Source: Thraustochytrium aureum
Lineage: Eukaryota
NCBI GenBank assembly: GCA_012862495.1
Contig: BLSG01000275.1
Coordinates: 32,619-66,259, forward strand
DNA length: 33,641 bases
Reading direction: 5' to 3'
The notes beneath the pieces were generated by a model that had not been told where the DNA came from, ran no database searches, and was given only the letters and a program-made list of their open reading frames with translations. This document shows positions 10,519 to 22,018 of the stretch, in pieces (the first letter of the stretch is position 1; each line of letters opens with the position of its first letter). Made by a program: the position numbers and the translations under genes.

Positions 10519-10877
10519 GCGAATGCCGCTGGCACAATGGCCAAATTTACCCAGCCGTTTGAAGCCGTGATGACCGATGGTCATCGCTCGCATGGTCTTG
10601 ACCGCTGGCTCATCAGAAGAAGGTAAGCAACTTCGTGGAGGTGCTGTCCTGTCATCAGGACTCACATACGAGCACTGAGTACACTCTGTCGTGCCCGTGC
10701 CTGCAGCGAAAGCACGGAGTAAACTGAAAGCTCTACCTATTGGAACAAACTACTCGAAGAACCTCGAGCGCAGGATCCCATTCTTGCCATCCCCACCCCA
10801 CCCGCGCGGGCGGCGATTTGCGAAGCTGGATTGGAAAAAACAAATGACGTGTCGCTCTCCAGCAAGACCTTTTTCGA

Positions 10878-11104
10878 TCTGCGCGTGATTGTCAACAAGT
10901 TGTCATCATGGGCTTTTCGCGTCAAAAATTCAAGGGAGTACTTATTCGTCAGGAAGGCTACCACCTACCTGGTACGCCATCTATTCGCCATCTTCGGAGG
11001 TTATGGCAATCGCCAGTCCGGTTCCTGCGGGACTGGGCGGGAAGCGCTTCAGCACGCGGCCTCCATCCCGCGCAGCGATGTCCAGTCACTGGCTGGCCGC
11101 CGAA
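10878..11104 (+). repeat. Dispersed non-coding repeat, copy 1
   Basis: Shares TTCGCCATCTTC (10984-10995), CAGTnnGGnTyCTrCGGGACT, TTCAGCACGCGGCCTCC and CGCGCAG(A/C)GATGTCC with the copies at ~17.0 kb and ~31.1 kb. Boundaries approximate. Confidence 0.85.
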
Positions 11105-11316
11105 TCTTACGCGATTTTTTTTTGTGGAGCAGCGAAGAGGGTCGACGACCCAGTCCAGCACGAATCTCATCTTGTTTGGTCGGCGGACCGTGGCGACCAA
11201 AGTCTCAAACATTTGAGGGTCTCGGGGGTTCTGCGCGACTCTGGCGAGCTTCCCGAGGCAGGCGATCCATCCATTCATCAGTTCCGAGCGGAAATGAGGT
11301 GATCGCGCGACGGACT

Positions 11317-14300
11317 CTAAAAGCCAGTCTCGAGCTTGCAGATGGCGAGGATTGGCTCGAGCGAGTTCCAGGCGTCGGCGTCCGTCTCGCGGCCCTCGCT
11401 CAGCGCGCTCTGGCCGATCGCGCCGAAACGCACGTCGGACGGGTCCGTTATGCGGTCTGGAACGACCTTGTCGGTGATGACCGACTTGAGAAAATCAGCG
11501 TCCTTGCCAAGGATGTTGCCGAGGGTCACGAAGAGCGTGTAGATGCGCGGCTCGCCGACGATCGAGTTGGACCATCGGCGATCAAGGCAATTCTGCGAGC
11601 CGCCGTTGAACGGGCAGTCCGGGACGTCCTGGCCATCGAAACTGACGTACTCGGGGATGCGCCCATTGCTGACGTAAAAGCGCTTGAACCACTCGAACGC
11701 TTGGTTGGCAGCTTGGCCAGCGCGCAACTTGCGCTCGTTGGGCACGTGAGCAGAGGTCAGCTTTGAAGCCTTTGCAAGGTGGATGGCGGTCCAGAGCTCT
11801 TGGATCACCTTGAGAAACTTGTGTGCCTCGTCGCCGATAAACTCCCAGTCACCGCCCCACTCTGCAGTCCCGTAGTAGTTGGTCTCGTTTGAATAGTAGG
11901 TGTTGAAAGAGAGCCCTGGTTGGTTTGGGATTTGCGCGGCGAGCATGAGCTCGACCGCGTCATTCAAGACCCCGCAGAACCGCGGGTCGACCACGTCGCA
12001 CCCGTAGTGGAGCATGTCGACCTCCTGGTAGTTGACGGCGATGACAGTGTCCCAGACAGAGGTGTTTCCCGAGGACACAGCTGGGGCTCTGGGAGGGGCG
12101 ACCGAGTCGTCGTCCACCTCCGAAAAGCTAAAGCTGGTGCCCATGAGCCCGTTCGGATAGGACCGGTGCTTGACGTACACCGTGCGGTAACGGTCGGTGA
12201 CGGTCGTCCAATACATGGCTCGCAGGGCGTCGTGCGCGATGTTGCGGGCCCGGGCCGCCGCGGCCGGTTTCGCCTCCTTGAACCTCGCGGCTCCCTCAAA
12301 CAAACCCTGGATCGTGCGGAAGTCGTCAAGGGGCGCCGTGGCCGAATACCACTGGTCGGACCAATCGCCGTAGTACAGGAAAGCGCGTTGGCGCACGTAG
12401 TCGATGGCCCAGTTGATCACCTTGTACAGCGGGCTGACCATGACCTCCTCGACAAACTCCAGAGACTCTGACCAGTTGTCGGCATACCCCATGCAGGCCG
12501 CAGCGCGCAAAATTAGGCCCATGTGCTCTCCCGAGTGGTGGTGCCCATACGCATAGAGAGGGTCGTCGCCTCCAGGGTTGTTCAGGTTGGTGAAAATCCC
12601 ATACTTCCACGGCGCCTGGCGTGTGGCGTCGCGCATTTTGTCCAAGATGAAGGCCATTGCGTCCTCGGCAACCTCTTTGAAGAGCGGCGTACTCCACTCC
12701 TTGAGAGTAGGCGGGTTCGCCGCCGGCGCGTCGACCAGGGTGAAGTCAAACATGGTCAGCGTGTCAACAACAGCGGCGACCTTGATCCACGACCCGCTGC
12801 CTACGCGCTCAAACCGGAGACCTTTGCCGGCCGAAGCGGGGGGGGTTCGGGGTGGAGATGTCCATCGAGGCCACCACCTTGCCGTCGGGCGGCCGGTAGA
12901 AGAACGTGATGGTCTGCGGGTTGCGCACGACGGGCTGCTGCATGCCGGCGTAGTTGACCATGAACAAGCTCTGTTGGTCCGCGCGCGGCACGGTGAGCTC
13001 GATGTGGACATCCATCGGGGATCCCTTCTCCACGTAAAAGTGGTCGTAGACGTGGATCCTTATGATCTGCTCCACCTGGTCGAGGAGCACGCTCTGCAGG
13101 TACTCCGATCCGCGCTCCTGCGTGAACGCATGGGTGGCATTGATGTCCTTGCGCAGGTAAGCGACGCCCTTGCCGTGCTGGCGCGTGTAGCTGACAAGAT
13201 CAAACCGGCCGAAGACGGGCTGCAGCGGGTTGCTGGCGTGCGTTCTTCCAAACTCGTCCAGCGTCGCCGGGACAAAGTTGCCGGTAGCCATCACGGTGCC
13301 ACCCGCCAAGACCCAGTCGTTGATCACTGAGGCCGCCGCGGCGGACATGGCGCTAGCCGCGGGTATCCAGAGCACAGAGACGCCCGCGAGGTCTGAGGGC
13401 ACGAGCGCGGTGTCCACGACGATCTTGAAGGGCACGTGCAGGCGCGAGAGCGTATACGAGGCACCGCGATAGTCGGAGACATGAGGACACTTCTTTGCCG
13501 AGTTGCCCGGTTCTGATGCCCAGAATTCGTCGTCGTCGCTCGGGGTCTTGTCAGTGCTCACGTACATGGCGTACCAGCATTGACCGGTGGCAAAGTCCGA
13601 GACGTCGCGCGTCGAAGAGCTGTACAAAACGGCGACCTGAGCGAAACGCTGGGCCTCCATGACTTGGCACGAGTTGTCGAGGACCCAGTTGTAAAAGGCC
13701 GTGCGAGTGCTGGCAGAGGCGGTGGAGGTCATGTACGGCGTCTTGGTCTCGAGCGTGTTGGTGCCCACCGCAAAGGCGCCACTGAGGACCATGGCCGAGT
13801 CGAGCGCGTCCTTTGCGTAGGCAAAGGTCCAGGTGGGGGACAACTTATCGACGCCGCGGGCGTACTTGCGCATGATGACCTGATTCATAAAGTCCTCCTT
13901 GTGCGCGTACGTCATCCCGTTTGCGTTGCTGACCGAGTCGATCTCCCAAACGGTGCTCATTCCCTTTCGCATTTCGTCGTCGAAGAACGAGTTGTCGAGG
14001 CCGACCAGCGTGTTGTCCATGTAGTCGGCTGGATAGTTTTCCACCATGAAGACTGCCTCCGGGTTGACTTCGAGCAGCGCGAGGCGGACCTTGTTGAGGA
14101 ACTTTGCGAGCGAGTAGTGGCGCCAGACGAGCCAGTATTGAAACCTGGCCTGCGAAAAGCTCCAGGTCGGTGGGCCAAGTAGAGTGTAGTCCGGAAGATC
14201 GCAGCCCCCGTCGCAGAGACCTTTCGCCGCCGACCAGGCCTTGAAGGCCACGCGGTTCAGCTCGGTGCCGCCAGACCAGGACGCGCCCGTCTCGTAGTAG

Positions 14301-16488
14301 AGCGGGACGTCGCCCCAGAGCCCGTCGGCTGCGGTGGCGGCCAGCTTGCGCACACGAGGAAGAAAGTAGTTTTCCGTGTACTGCGGGTTCTCCGGGTCGA
14401 ACCAGGCGCTCTCTTCGCCGTCTGCCACCCAGTGCTCGAGGCCGCCGCCGACAAAGAGGTTTGGCTTTCCGTCGAGGCCGCGCTGGATCGAGTCGCGCAT
14501 CAGAAACCCGGCCGTCTTGTTGGGCTCGGTGTCCGCGTTTCTCGACATGATCTCCAGTGTTGGCCAGTAGACAATCATCTTGAGACCAAGCGTATGCGCG
14601 TCGTTGGCGTAGTTGTCGATAAAGGCCATCTCGTAGTCGAACGCCTCGTCGTCCAAAAAGTAGCTGAGCTTGGTGTCAAGCATGATCGTCCGGCAGCCCT
14701 CGTCCTTGTGCCGCTGCAGCAGTTCAAGGCGCTTGGTTCTGCTGTGGTATTGGCCAAAGATGACATACAGCCCACAGACCCCTCCCTCGTAGGCCCACTT
14801 GGCAAAGTGTGGGTTGCGCTCCGCGACGCACTCCGCGCTCGCGAACGGGGCGCGTGTCGGCTGGAGGGTCGGCGGAGTCGGCGACCCGGTTGGGTTGGGC
14901 GTTGTGGGCGGTGTCGGCTGGGCCGTCGTTGGCGAGAAGGTCGGAAACCGGGTGGGCTTTGGCGTGGGCGACCCCGTGGGCTCCGGCGACGAGAGGAGGT
15001 CGTCAAACTCACTCACGACGCAGAACGCCGCGTAGTCGATCAGCGCGGCGTCCAAGCCTGAGCTGGTGGTCCAGCGGAACAGCATCTTGGATTCGGCGTC
15101 CACGTAGTCGGCTACCTTGGCCGTCGCGCTAACGCGCGCGGTGCCGACCACGCTGCTCCAGCGCCACGTCTGCACCCCGACGTTGTCCACGACGTCCTCC
15201 CACGCGGACGCGCCCCTGTTGAACACTTGCATCACCCATCGTTGCTGCTGCTTTCGCGGGCCGCGGTAGTTGAGAAAGGCGCGCACGCCGACAATCGAGG
15301 TCGGCAGATCCGCAGGGTCGACCTCAACGACAAACCTGAACTCGGCCCCCTCGCTCTCTGGACGGAATGCGGCGTACTTTGCCCAGTCGTCCTCCGTTCC
15401 GCTCAGCTCTTGGACCTTCATGTTAGCGGCAGTGTGCGCGCTGGGCAGGCTGCCGGACACAACGCTCATCCCACTGGCGGTGAAGCACCTGTCGCGGGGG
15501 GACGGAGGAGCTGTGGGTTGCGGCAGCACCGGCTGCCACGAACCCGGGTCGGTCGTGATGCAGATGCTGATGTAGTCGAATAAAGCGTTGAACTCGACAT
15601 TGTCGCGCGCGAGGAGGCGCAGAGACAAGGTGCGGTCTGCGGCGGCGCTGGACAGCATGTACTTGGAAAGGTCACCGCGACCCAGAGCCACACTGTTGAC
15701 GTTTCGTGTCCACACCCAAGGCGGGAAGTCGACGTTGTCCCAGACTTTCTCCCAGGTTTTGTCTTTCTCGTTGCGCAGGTCCATGTCCCACAACTGGTTC
15801 CGGCCATTCTCGCCCTGAAAGTTGGTTTCCAACATCAAGCCCCTGACGGATTCCATGGGGACCCAGGCCGGGATCTCGAACTTGACGTGCGTCTCGTGCT
15901 CTTTCTTGTTCACTTCCTGGCCGACGGCCTGGAAGGAGACATAGGACTCCCAGGCGTTCAGGGTGGTGTTCGAGAGGTCGATGGTTTGCAGCCCGGCGAC
16001 GGACTGGTACACCGAGTCCCAGTAGCCGAGCACTGTGGTGACGGTCTTGGGCACGATGCCGCAGTGTTTGCCGGCGGCGCGAAAGGCAGCCGCGCGCTCG
16101 TCCTCGGTAACTGTTGGGCCCGCAGTCGGCTCGTTGGTTGGCCTTGTGACCGAAGGGCTCGCGGTCGGCTCGACGGTTGGGCTTTCAACCGGCGGTTCGG
16201 TAGGCGCTCCAACCGGCACAGGCGTGGGCGGCCCGACCGCTCCGTTGTTGGAGTCCGCGCCGGCGGTGCCCTGTGTGCGTTCTCGGTCGCGCCGCTTGCA
16301 CCGACGGCGGCCCCGATGACGATGGCGCAGACCACCACAAGGGCGAGGGCGCCGATCGCAAATTTCCTCTTTCTCTTGCCCGCTTCGTCCTGAGGGTTGA
16401 GCCACCTCGACGCGAACCCAGCTTTCTCGATGTCCTCGACGGAGGGCATGGTCTCGCTCATGTTGCCGAGGCTCGATTTGCGACTCAT
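11317..16488 (-). CDS. ~1700-aa type-II membrane multi-domain glycoside-hydrolase-like protein; frameshifts near 16278 and 12838-12845
   Basis: N-terminal KRKRK then a TM segment (FAIGALALVVVCAIVIGAAVGA), Pro/Thr linkers, two homologous ~170-aa domains, a TIM-barrel-like region (WFDPENPQY...ADGLWGDVP), a GH42-trimerisation-like segment (LSRLHVPFKIV...VSVLWIP...DWVLAGGTVMATG) and a C-terminal GH8-like (alpha/alpha)6 region (SGEHMGLILRAA, TAPLDDFRTIQGL). ORFs 15958-16512, 12809-16405 and 11317-13011 join; one join is at a G8 run. Confidence 0.75.
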
Positions 16489-16974
16489 CCTCCGAGGCGT
16501 CTCCGCGCCCACGCCTGCACTACCTGGCCAAAAACGTCGAGGCGGTCAGGGCGCTGCTCGCGCTCACCGGTTTGCCTTGCAGCGCTGCCGTCTACTCCGG
16601 TATGGAAGTGGGTCTGGTCGAATCGGGTCGAGTCGCCCTCGATGCGTTGCACACGTCCGCAATCGGCGACTGTCCTGGTTCACCTACGTTCTTCCTGGCC
16701 GCCTCGCCTACTTACTACCGTGTACAACTGCGATTGCGGAGTCGGTCGCCTCAACTCCAGTTGCTCGAGGTGGTGTTGCGCGTCTTGTCAACGGCGACTG
16801 GTTCCTGTGTAGTGCGAGGAGTACTCGAGCAGGTAGCGCCTCGCGCGTGACCTTGCAGATCGCCGGCGCTCCACACGGCTGTGTCTGCTTGTAGCTGCGA
16901 CGGTAGTGAGGAAAAGCTATCGAAACGAGCTAAACCCAAAGAAACCAAAGAGGGTCAAAGAGGTTGGTTGGTGC

Positions 16975-17177
16975 AACTGCGGCCGACCGTCAACGAGTTC
17001 GTCACTGACGTTCGTGTCAACACCGCGAAAGGGGAGCCATCACCCGCCAGGCCCTTCGCCATCTTCAGACCTCTGGCTGTCAGTGTGGTTCCTACGGGAC
17101 TGGGTTGGGGGCGTTTCAGCACGCGGCCTCCGTCGCGCGCAGAGATGTCCCGCCGCAGGCTGCTGCTTGCTGCCGAA
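16975..17177 (+). repeat. Dispersed non-coding repeat, copy 2
   Basis: GCCATCACCCGCC, TTCGCCATCTTC (17055-17066), GGTTCCTACGGGACTGGG, TTCAGCACGCGGCCTCC and CGCGCAGAGATGTCCCG. Confidence 0.85.
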
Positions 17178-17311
17178 GGACGCCGCAGCCTTGATTACGA
17201 ACCAAACCGTTCTGCAAATCATCTCACCTGGTACGGTCTCATGATCATCAGAGCTCGAGCTTGAGTAGAGTCGTGGCCTCCTTGGTAGCTGAATAGAGTA
17301 CCTCTCTACCT

Positions 17312-18178
17312 TTACAGGTATGCCGGGTGTGCAAGCAAGCTCTGGAGCACCAGCGTGACGGCACCATCGTGAAATACAACGCGCTCCCCTTGCGTTGGGT
17401 CAGTCACAGATGGGATCCGCGTGTCGCGGCGCTCCACGAAGCCAGGCCCTGCTGGCAGCAGCGAGCCCTCGAGCGCTTCCCTACTCGTACAGATTGTTTG
17501 CCGTTCAAGAGTTTACCGGTTTGCGAGTTGGAGCAACGACAAACTGCGCAATTTGAGGACCCGCAAGTGGACGCTGCGCTCCTTGCCGCGAGAGTACACA
17601 GCTCCATCGCGGCGGCACAATTCATGATGGGCGTGCCGGTGCTGCTTGTGCTCTGGGCGGAATAGAACTCTGCTCGTTTCTTCGAGTACGAGTACGTCTC
17701 AGCAGCGATTGCAGGCGAGGGTTTTGAAAACTGCTCGGGTGTGCAGACTTGCGCAGCAACTGCTCTGGTGTGCAGGCTGTCCAGAAACTGCTCGCATGTG
17801 CAGCCTTGCACACGCCCACCGGCGTAAAAGCAGCAAGCCACGCAAGCCCGCGCAAGTCCACGCTACGTGGAGTAGGTTGTCCACGCGAGCGTGGGTGATG
17901 ATACGTCCATCCTGGTGAGTCTGAGCGCCGTTCAGGTTGTTGAACACGCGCCAACGCAGTTGCTGCCAGCCACTCGTATTCGCGCGAGCAATCGTACACC
18001 GGCTCGTACTCTGCTTGGAAAGGGGCATACCACTGCGGCTGGCTCTTGCGCCTGACCACATCCAGTCGAGCCGGAGGGAGCAGGGAGTCGTAGCGAAAAC
18101 GGATGCTTCCGAGTCGTTGCTGCTGACTCCCCGCCCGCCTCTCCCCCAAGCCACGACTCTCCTAGCAAGGAGGGGCAT
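17312..18178 (-). pseudogene. Possible decayed gene of unknown function
   Basis: One frame from ATG 18178 (MPLLARRVVAWG) to TAA 17312 carries internal stops TGA (17699) and TAA (17513). Protein-like text also appears in an alternate frame (IRFRYDSLLPP...WYAPFQAEYEPVYDC). There is a small internal duplication CTGCACACC(A/C)GAGCAGTT. Confidence 0.35.
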
Positions 18179-18567
18179 CCTTGCTCCTAGTACGCCGTGC
18201 GTTCTCGCTCTGGGTTTGCTGGCCGTCCCTCCCTCCTCCACTCCACCTGCTGGAGCTTAGGAGAAGCGCGCGAGTCCAGCACGAGATTGGTGTATGCGCG
18301 CACTCCACCGAGCCGAGAAGGCCTCCAAGGCTTTTCTCCAAGCGTCAAGCGCTTTCAATCGAAAACAAGTGAGAGCGGCCCGCCCGAATCCAGGCGTGCA
18401 GCGGTCACTTCGCCGCCACAACTCGGCGGATGCACCCGAGTTCAGGGAGGTTTCCAGAGCGACGAAACGGACAGCGACGAGGCGGACGGCGGCGAAGCAG
18501 TACCCAAACGTAGTCCAGTCACAGGCTCGACTTGTATCGTGTCTCGGAAGCCCAAGCGCAAGCCAAG

Positions 18568-19493
18568 ATGGTTCGTCTCGCCCTTGCATCGCTCCTGATG
18601 AGCGCCGTCGTGGTCGTCACGCAAGGCCTCACGCTCAAGGAGGTCCGCGACAACCTCAAGGAAACCCGGATGATGGTCATGGCCAAGCTCGCCGAGGCCC
18701 AGAGAGAGTTGAGGGCTGCCTTCAGGGTGCACAACACGTACCTGCGCCAAACAATCCGGGCCCAGGACTTGACCGCGTCATCGAGCGAGATTTGGAACAA
18801 CCACAGCGCGCTGTACGACTACCTCGACGCTGCCGATCCCCCGATTTACCAGGACATTCTCGACAAGTACTTTTCCAGCGCTGGTGACCTGTACGAGTTC
18901 CTCGAGAGCCGCATCTCCCCCTGGTACGACACCTTTGACGAGCAGAAGATCTACGACTACAGGTTCTACGCCCTGGTCGACAGCTACGACGTGCTCTACA
19001 ACACCGTCGACGAGCGTAACGACAAGCTGTACTCGGAGGCTGACGACAGGTTTGAGGCGCTCTACGAAATCTTGGAGCTGCGAAACGAAGACCTTGAAGC
19101 GCTCGACGAAGACCGGTATGGCTCTTCAAACGGGTATGCGGAGGCGGTTGCTCGGGCAGAGCTGACGCTCTCGCGCCACATTGACCGTGCCGCCGAAGCA
19201 TCGGACGAGGCCCTTGAGCGCCAGCTCCAGGTCGCCGAGGAGCGCGAGCTGCGCAAGGCCCTCGCTCAAAATGAGCTTGCCGAGGGAGCAATCAAGCAGG
19301 GTCTTGCCGCCGCAACTGTGGACAAGGAAGAGCCTGAAGTGGAGCCCGCAGGGCTTTCGGCTGGCGCTTCTTTCGGCGTTGCCTCGGGGCCATCGCTGGC
19401 TGTGCTGCTCTTGTTGTCAGCCTCAGCATCTGGCGCAAGAACCGACAAGTCGAAGCTGCTTCGGAGGTCGCCGTGGTGGAAAGGAAGGTTTGA
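18568..19493 (+). CDS. Type-I membrane / secreted helical protein with Tyr/Asp-rich 11-residue repeats; probable frameshift at the G run 19386-19389
   Basis: Signal peptide MVRLALASLLMSAVVVVTQG. Adding one G gives a TM segment GASFGVASGAIAGCAALVVSLSIW followed by RKNRQ... and stop TGA at 19491-19493. As sequenced, the ORF ends at 19596. Confidence 0.75.
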
Positions 19494-19680
19494 GACCTGC
19501 CCCTTGATCAACAGAGAAAGAGCTGCTGCCGTGCCCTGCGACGTTGCGCAGGCGCTAACCCGACGCGACGGCGCAGTTCGGAGACTGCTGCTCTAATTGC
19601 AGCTTGCTGTCTCATGGTGGGCGATCATGGGGCCCCACCTTCACAACCAAAGTCAAAATCAGATTCCAACGCGCGCTTAT

Positions 19681-20035
19681 TTTTACTCCGTGCCCAGGAC
19701 ATCCCGACCGTGCCCAGGACGTCCGAAGCTTGCCTCTAGCTCTAGTAGAGGGTCTGGCCTTCGTCTTGGTCTTGTGAGGAGGCTGTCCTTGTAGTTTCAC
19801 ACGGCTGATGGTGCAACAGGGCGCGTTTATTCTCTAGCTAGCTAGTTTTACCCACGTGCCCAGGACATCCCGAAAGTGTGGCCTCCATCTTGAGCCCGCT
19901 GCCATGGCTTCACACGGCAGATGGTGCAACAGGGCGCTAGCTAGTTTTTACCCACGTGCCCAGGCCATCCCGAAAGTGTGGCCTCCATCTTGAGCCCGCT
20001 GCCATGGCTTCACACAGCAGATGGTGCAACAGGGC
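19681..20035 (+). repeat. Tandem ~100-bp repeat: two near-identical units plus a degenerate upstream unit, duplicating the 3' end of the DUF4188 gene
   Basis: Units ~19837-19936 and ~19937-20035 (GCTAGTTTTACCCACGTGCCCAGG...GATGGTGCAACAGGGC). Partial copies at 19681-19706 and 19796-19823. Confidence 0.95.
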
Positions 20036-20717
20036 ATTGGGAGAGGCCGTGCGCGCCTGCCGCTCCAGCCTTGGCCTCGGCCTTCGAGAAGGGACATTGG
20101 TTGAGCCTGCTGGCGGCATGCTCCATGTCGCGCTCGGCCGGCTGCGACCCGATCGCGCGCACGAGCCCAAACTCGGGCATATCGCGGTGCATGCCTTCAA
20201 CGCTCGAGATTTCGTACATCTCGTGCCAGACCCCTACCGCGCCCTTGGCGCGCGCCATGGCGGCCATGTAGGCTCGCATTCGCGACTTGTGCAGCTTCCT
20301 GGACGAGTACTCGAGCACGCAGTCCACAGACTCCCAATAGGTGACCTGGAGCGACGGGTAGCCGCACAAGAGGGCGAGCATGCCGTAGGCCTCGCCTCCA
20401 TAATAGCCCAGCGCAACGTCGTTGTTTTGCAGCTCGCGAAGCATGTGAGACATCGCCATCAGCGTGGGGACCCAAAGGTCCGGCCGGTACCAGCGGTTGA
20501 TGCGCATGCCGATCAGGAACACGGCCATGTTGCGGTGGCCGGACGCGGCGCGGCGGCCCTCGTTCACCTTCCACGAGAAGGGCGTGCGCTTGTGTGAGGT
20601 GAAGAACGGCTGCATCCTCGAGTGAATATACATTCCTAAGACTGCGAGGACGAGAATGCCAACGAAGGCTGCACCTACTATCACATACACGAGTGTATTC
20701 CCTTCGAGCGGGGCCAT
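20010..20717 (-). CDS. DUF4188 family (putative monooxygenase / heme-binding barrel) protein with an N-terminal TM segment
   Basis: AVFLIGMRINRW, LQVTYWES, GAVGVWHEMY and MPEFGL are typical of DUF4188. Start MAPLEG at 20717; TM LVYVIVGAAFVGILVLAVLGMYI. Confidence 0.85.
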   Translation of the reverse strand: MAPLEGNTLVYVIVGAAFVGILVLAVLGMYIHSRMQPFFTSHKRTPFSWKVNEGRRAASGHRNMAVFLIGMRINRWYRPDLWVPTLMAMSHMLRELQNNDVALGYYGGEAYGMLALLCGYPSLQVTYWESVDCVLEYSSRKLHKSRMRAYMAAMARAKGAVGVWHEMYEISSVEGMHRDMPEFGLVRAIGSQPAERDMEHAASRLNQCPFSKAEAKAGAAGAHGLSQCPVAPSAV

Positions 20718-22018
20718 TGCCGCAAGAAATGTCTGATTTGCAAGGCCGTGCCCGTCCCAGCGCAGCTTGCGTTCAACTGGGTCAGCCTGCGATCTGGCGC
20801 GCTCGGTTCCTTGTTTGCTCGCTTGCCTTGGACAAATGCTCAATCGCACGCTCAGCGTGGCGCGTTGATTGTGGGACTGACATGCCGGCCAGAATGCAAA
20901 CGATATCGAACCAACCAACTCGATGGCATGCAGGCAGACACAGAGAGAGAGTGCGTGTCGATCAAAAAGCCCAAGGGGAATGAACATCTCTGCTTGACAG
21001 TGAATACGAGGGCGGGGACGAAACAAACAAACATCGATTCGCTTGCCTCGCCGCCGGAACAGTGTCAATCTACGAGCGAGCCTATGTGAGGCTCTCTGCG
21101 TGCGCGGGGTCCAACCTGGAGCTACAGAACGAGCAGTGCATGAGCAGCGCGTACGTTGAGAAAGTGACAATTCTCGACAGAGGTGAATTCGAGATTCCGC
21201 GCCGGCCCCGGCCCCCGCATCGCTCACAAAGCCTCCAAGCACCTGCACGCCCGTGCACCGCAAGCGCCAAAGTGGACTGACGAGTCCATTTCACCTGAAC
21301 TGGTTGCCCCTGGCGTCAATCAAGCCAACTCCTGCCAGCGTCGTTCCACACTTCTCGTGAATCAAGTTGTCAAGCTCGCAACGACGACTCTCAAACCCAC
21401 AACAGAGCCCCTGATGAGCACTCTCGAGGAATCACAGCATCGAGACTCGAGAGCGCATATCGCTGTGTCAGCAGCGACAAGAGCACAGCCTCGGCGTCGA
21501 GCGCGCGGGCAGACCGAGATGACCCAGAAGCTGCAAGCGCAAAGTCAGTCAAGTCCACACCGATTGAATGCAGAGATGAAAGAGTGCATCCTGCGCTTGA
21601 GAGAGTTGGCCAATCCCCTGCGGATGCAAGTACGAACAACCTCGCTGCACATCCGTCCTGCGGCGCGTCCATCCGTCCTGCCCAATCAATCCATCGTCCA
21701 TCCCGCGCGCCCTGTGATTGGCCCAAACCGCACCACCGCACACCGTGCCCCGCAGTCAGCATCAACCCCGCTGTCATCTGCTCGACCAAACATCGACTGT
21801 GCTCGTGGCGGACTCCATCGTTCGTCGTGAGTAGAGTTACATTCGGTCGATGCCCAGCCAGTCTCGCGCGCATGCGTGGCTGCTGGTCGCGCGGGGGCGG
21901 ATCCGTTCGGGCTCGCGATCATCGTCCTCGTCGGCATCCAAGTTCGTCCTCGGCCGCCGTCGTCGTGCGCTCGTGCTCGAGTTGGCGGTGGTCGTTTCTT
22001 GCTGGTTGTTGTTGACCT

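Noticed and set aside
10567..10679. Possible C/D-box snoRNA (GTGATGA ... CTGA)
   Set aside because: No convincing terminal stem and no recognisable rRNA-complementary guide; these short motifs occur by chance.
10960..11100. HDV-like ribozyme or tRNA-derived head in the dispersed element (GGCGAA on the minus strand, GGTTC on the plus strand)
   Set aside because: I could not build the nested double pseudoknot or a cloverleaf with A and B boxes consistently in all three copies.
12809..13011. Two separate overlapping genes (1198 aa and 564 aa)
   Set aside because: The junction falls at a G8 run and the first ~60 aa of the 564-aa ORF are off-frame text, so a single frameshifted gene is more parsimonious.
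21183..21830. 215-aa plus-strand ORF between the DUF4188 and ceramidase genes
   Set aside because: No recognisable motif and low-complexity composition; it cannot be supported as a gene.
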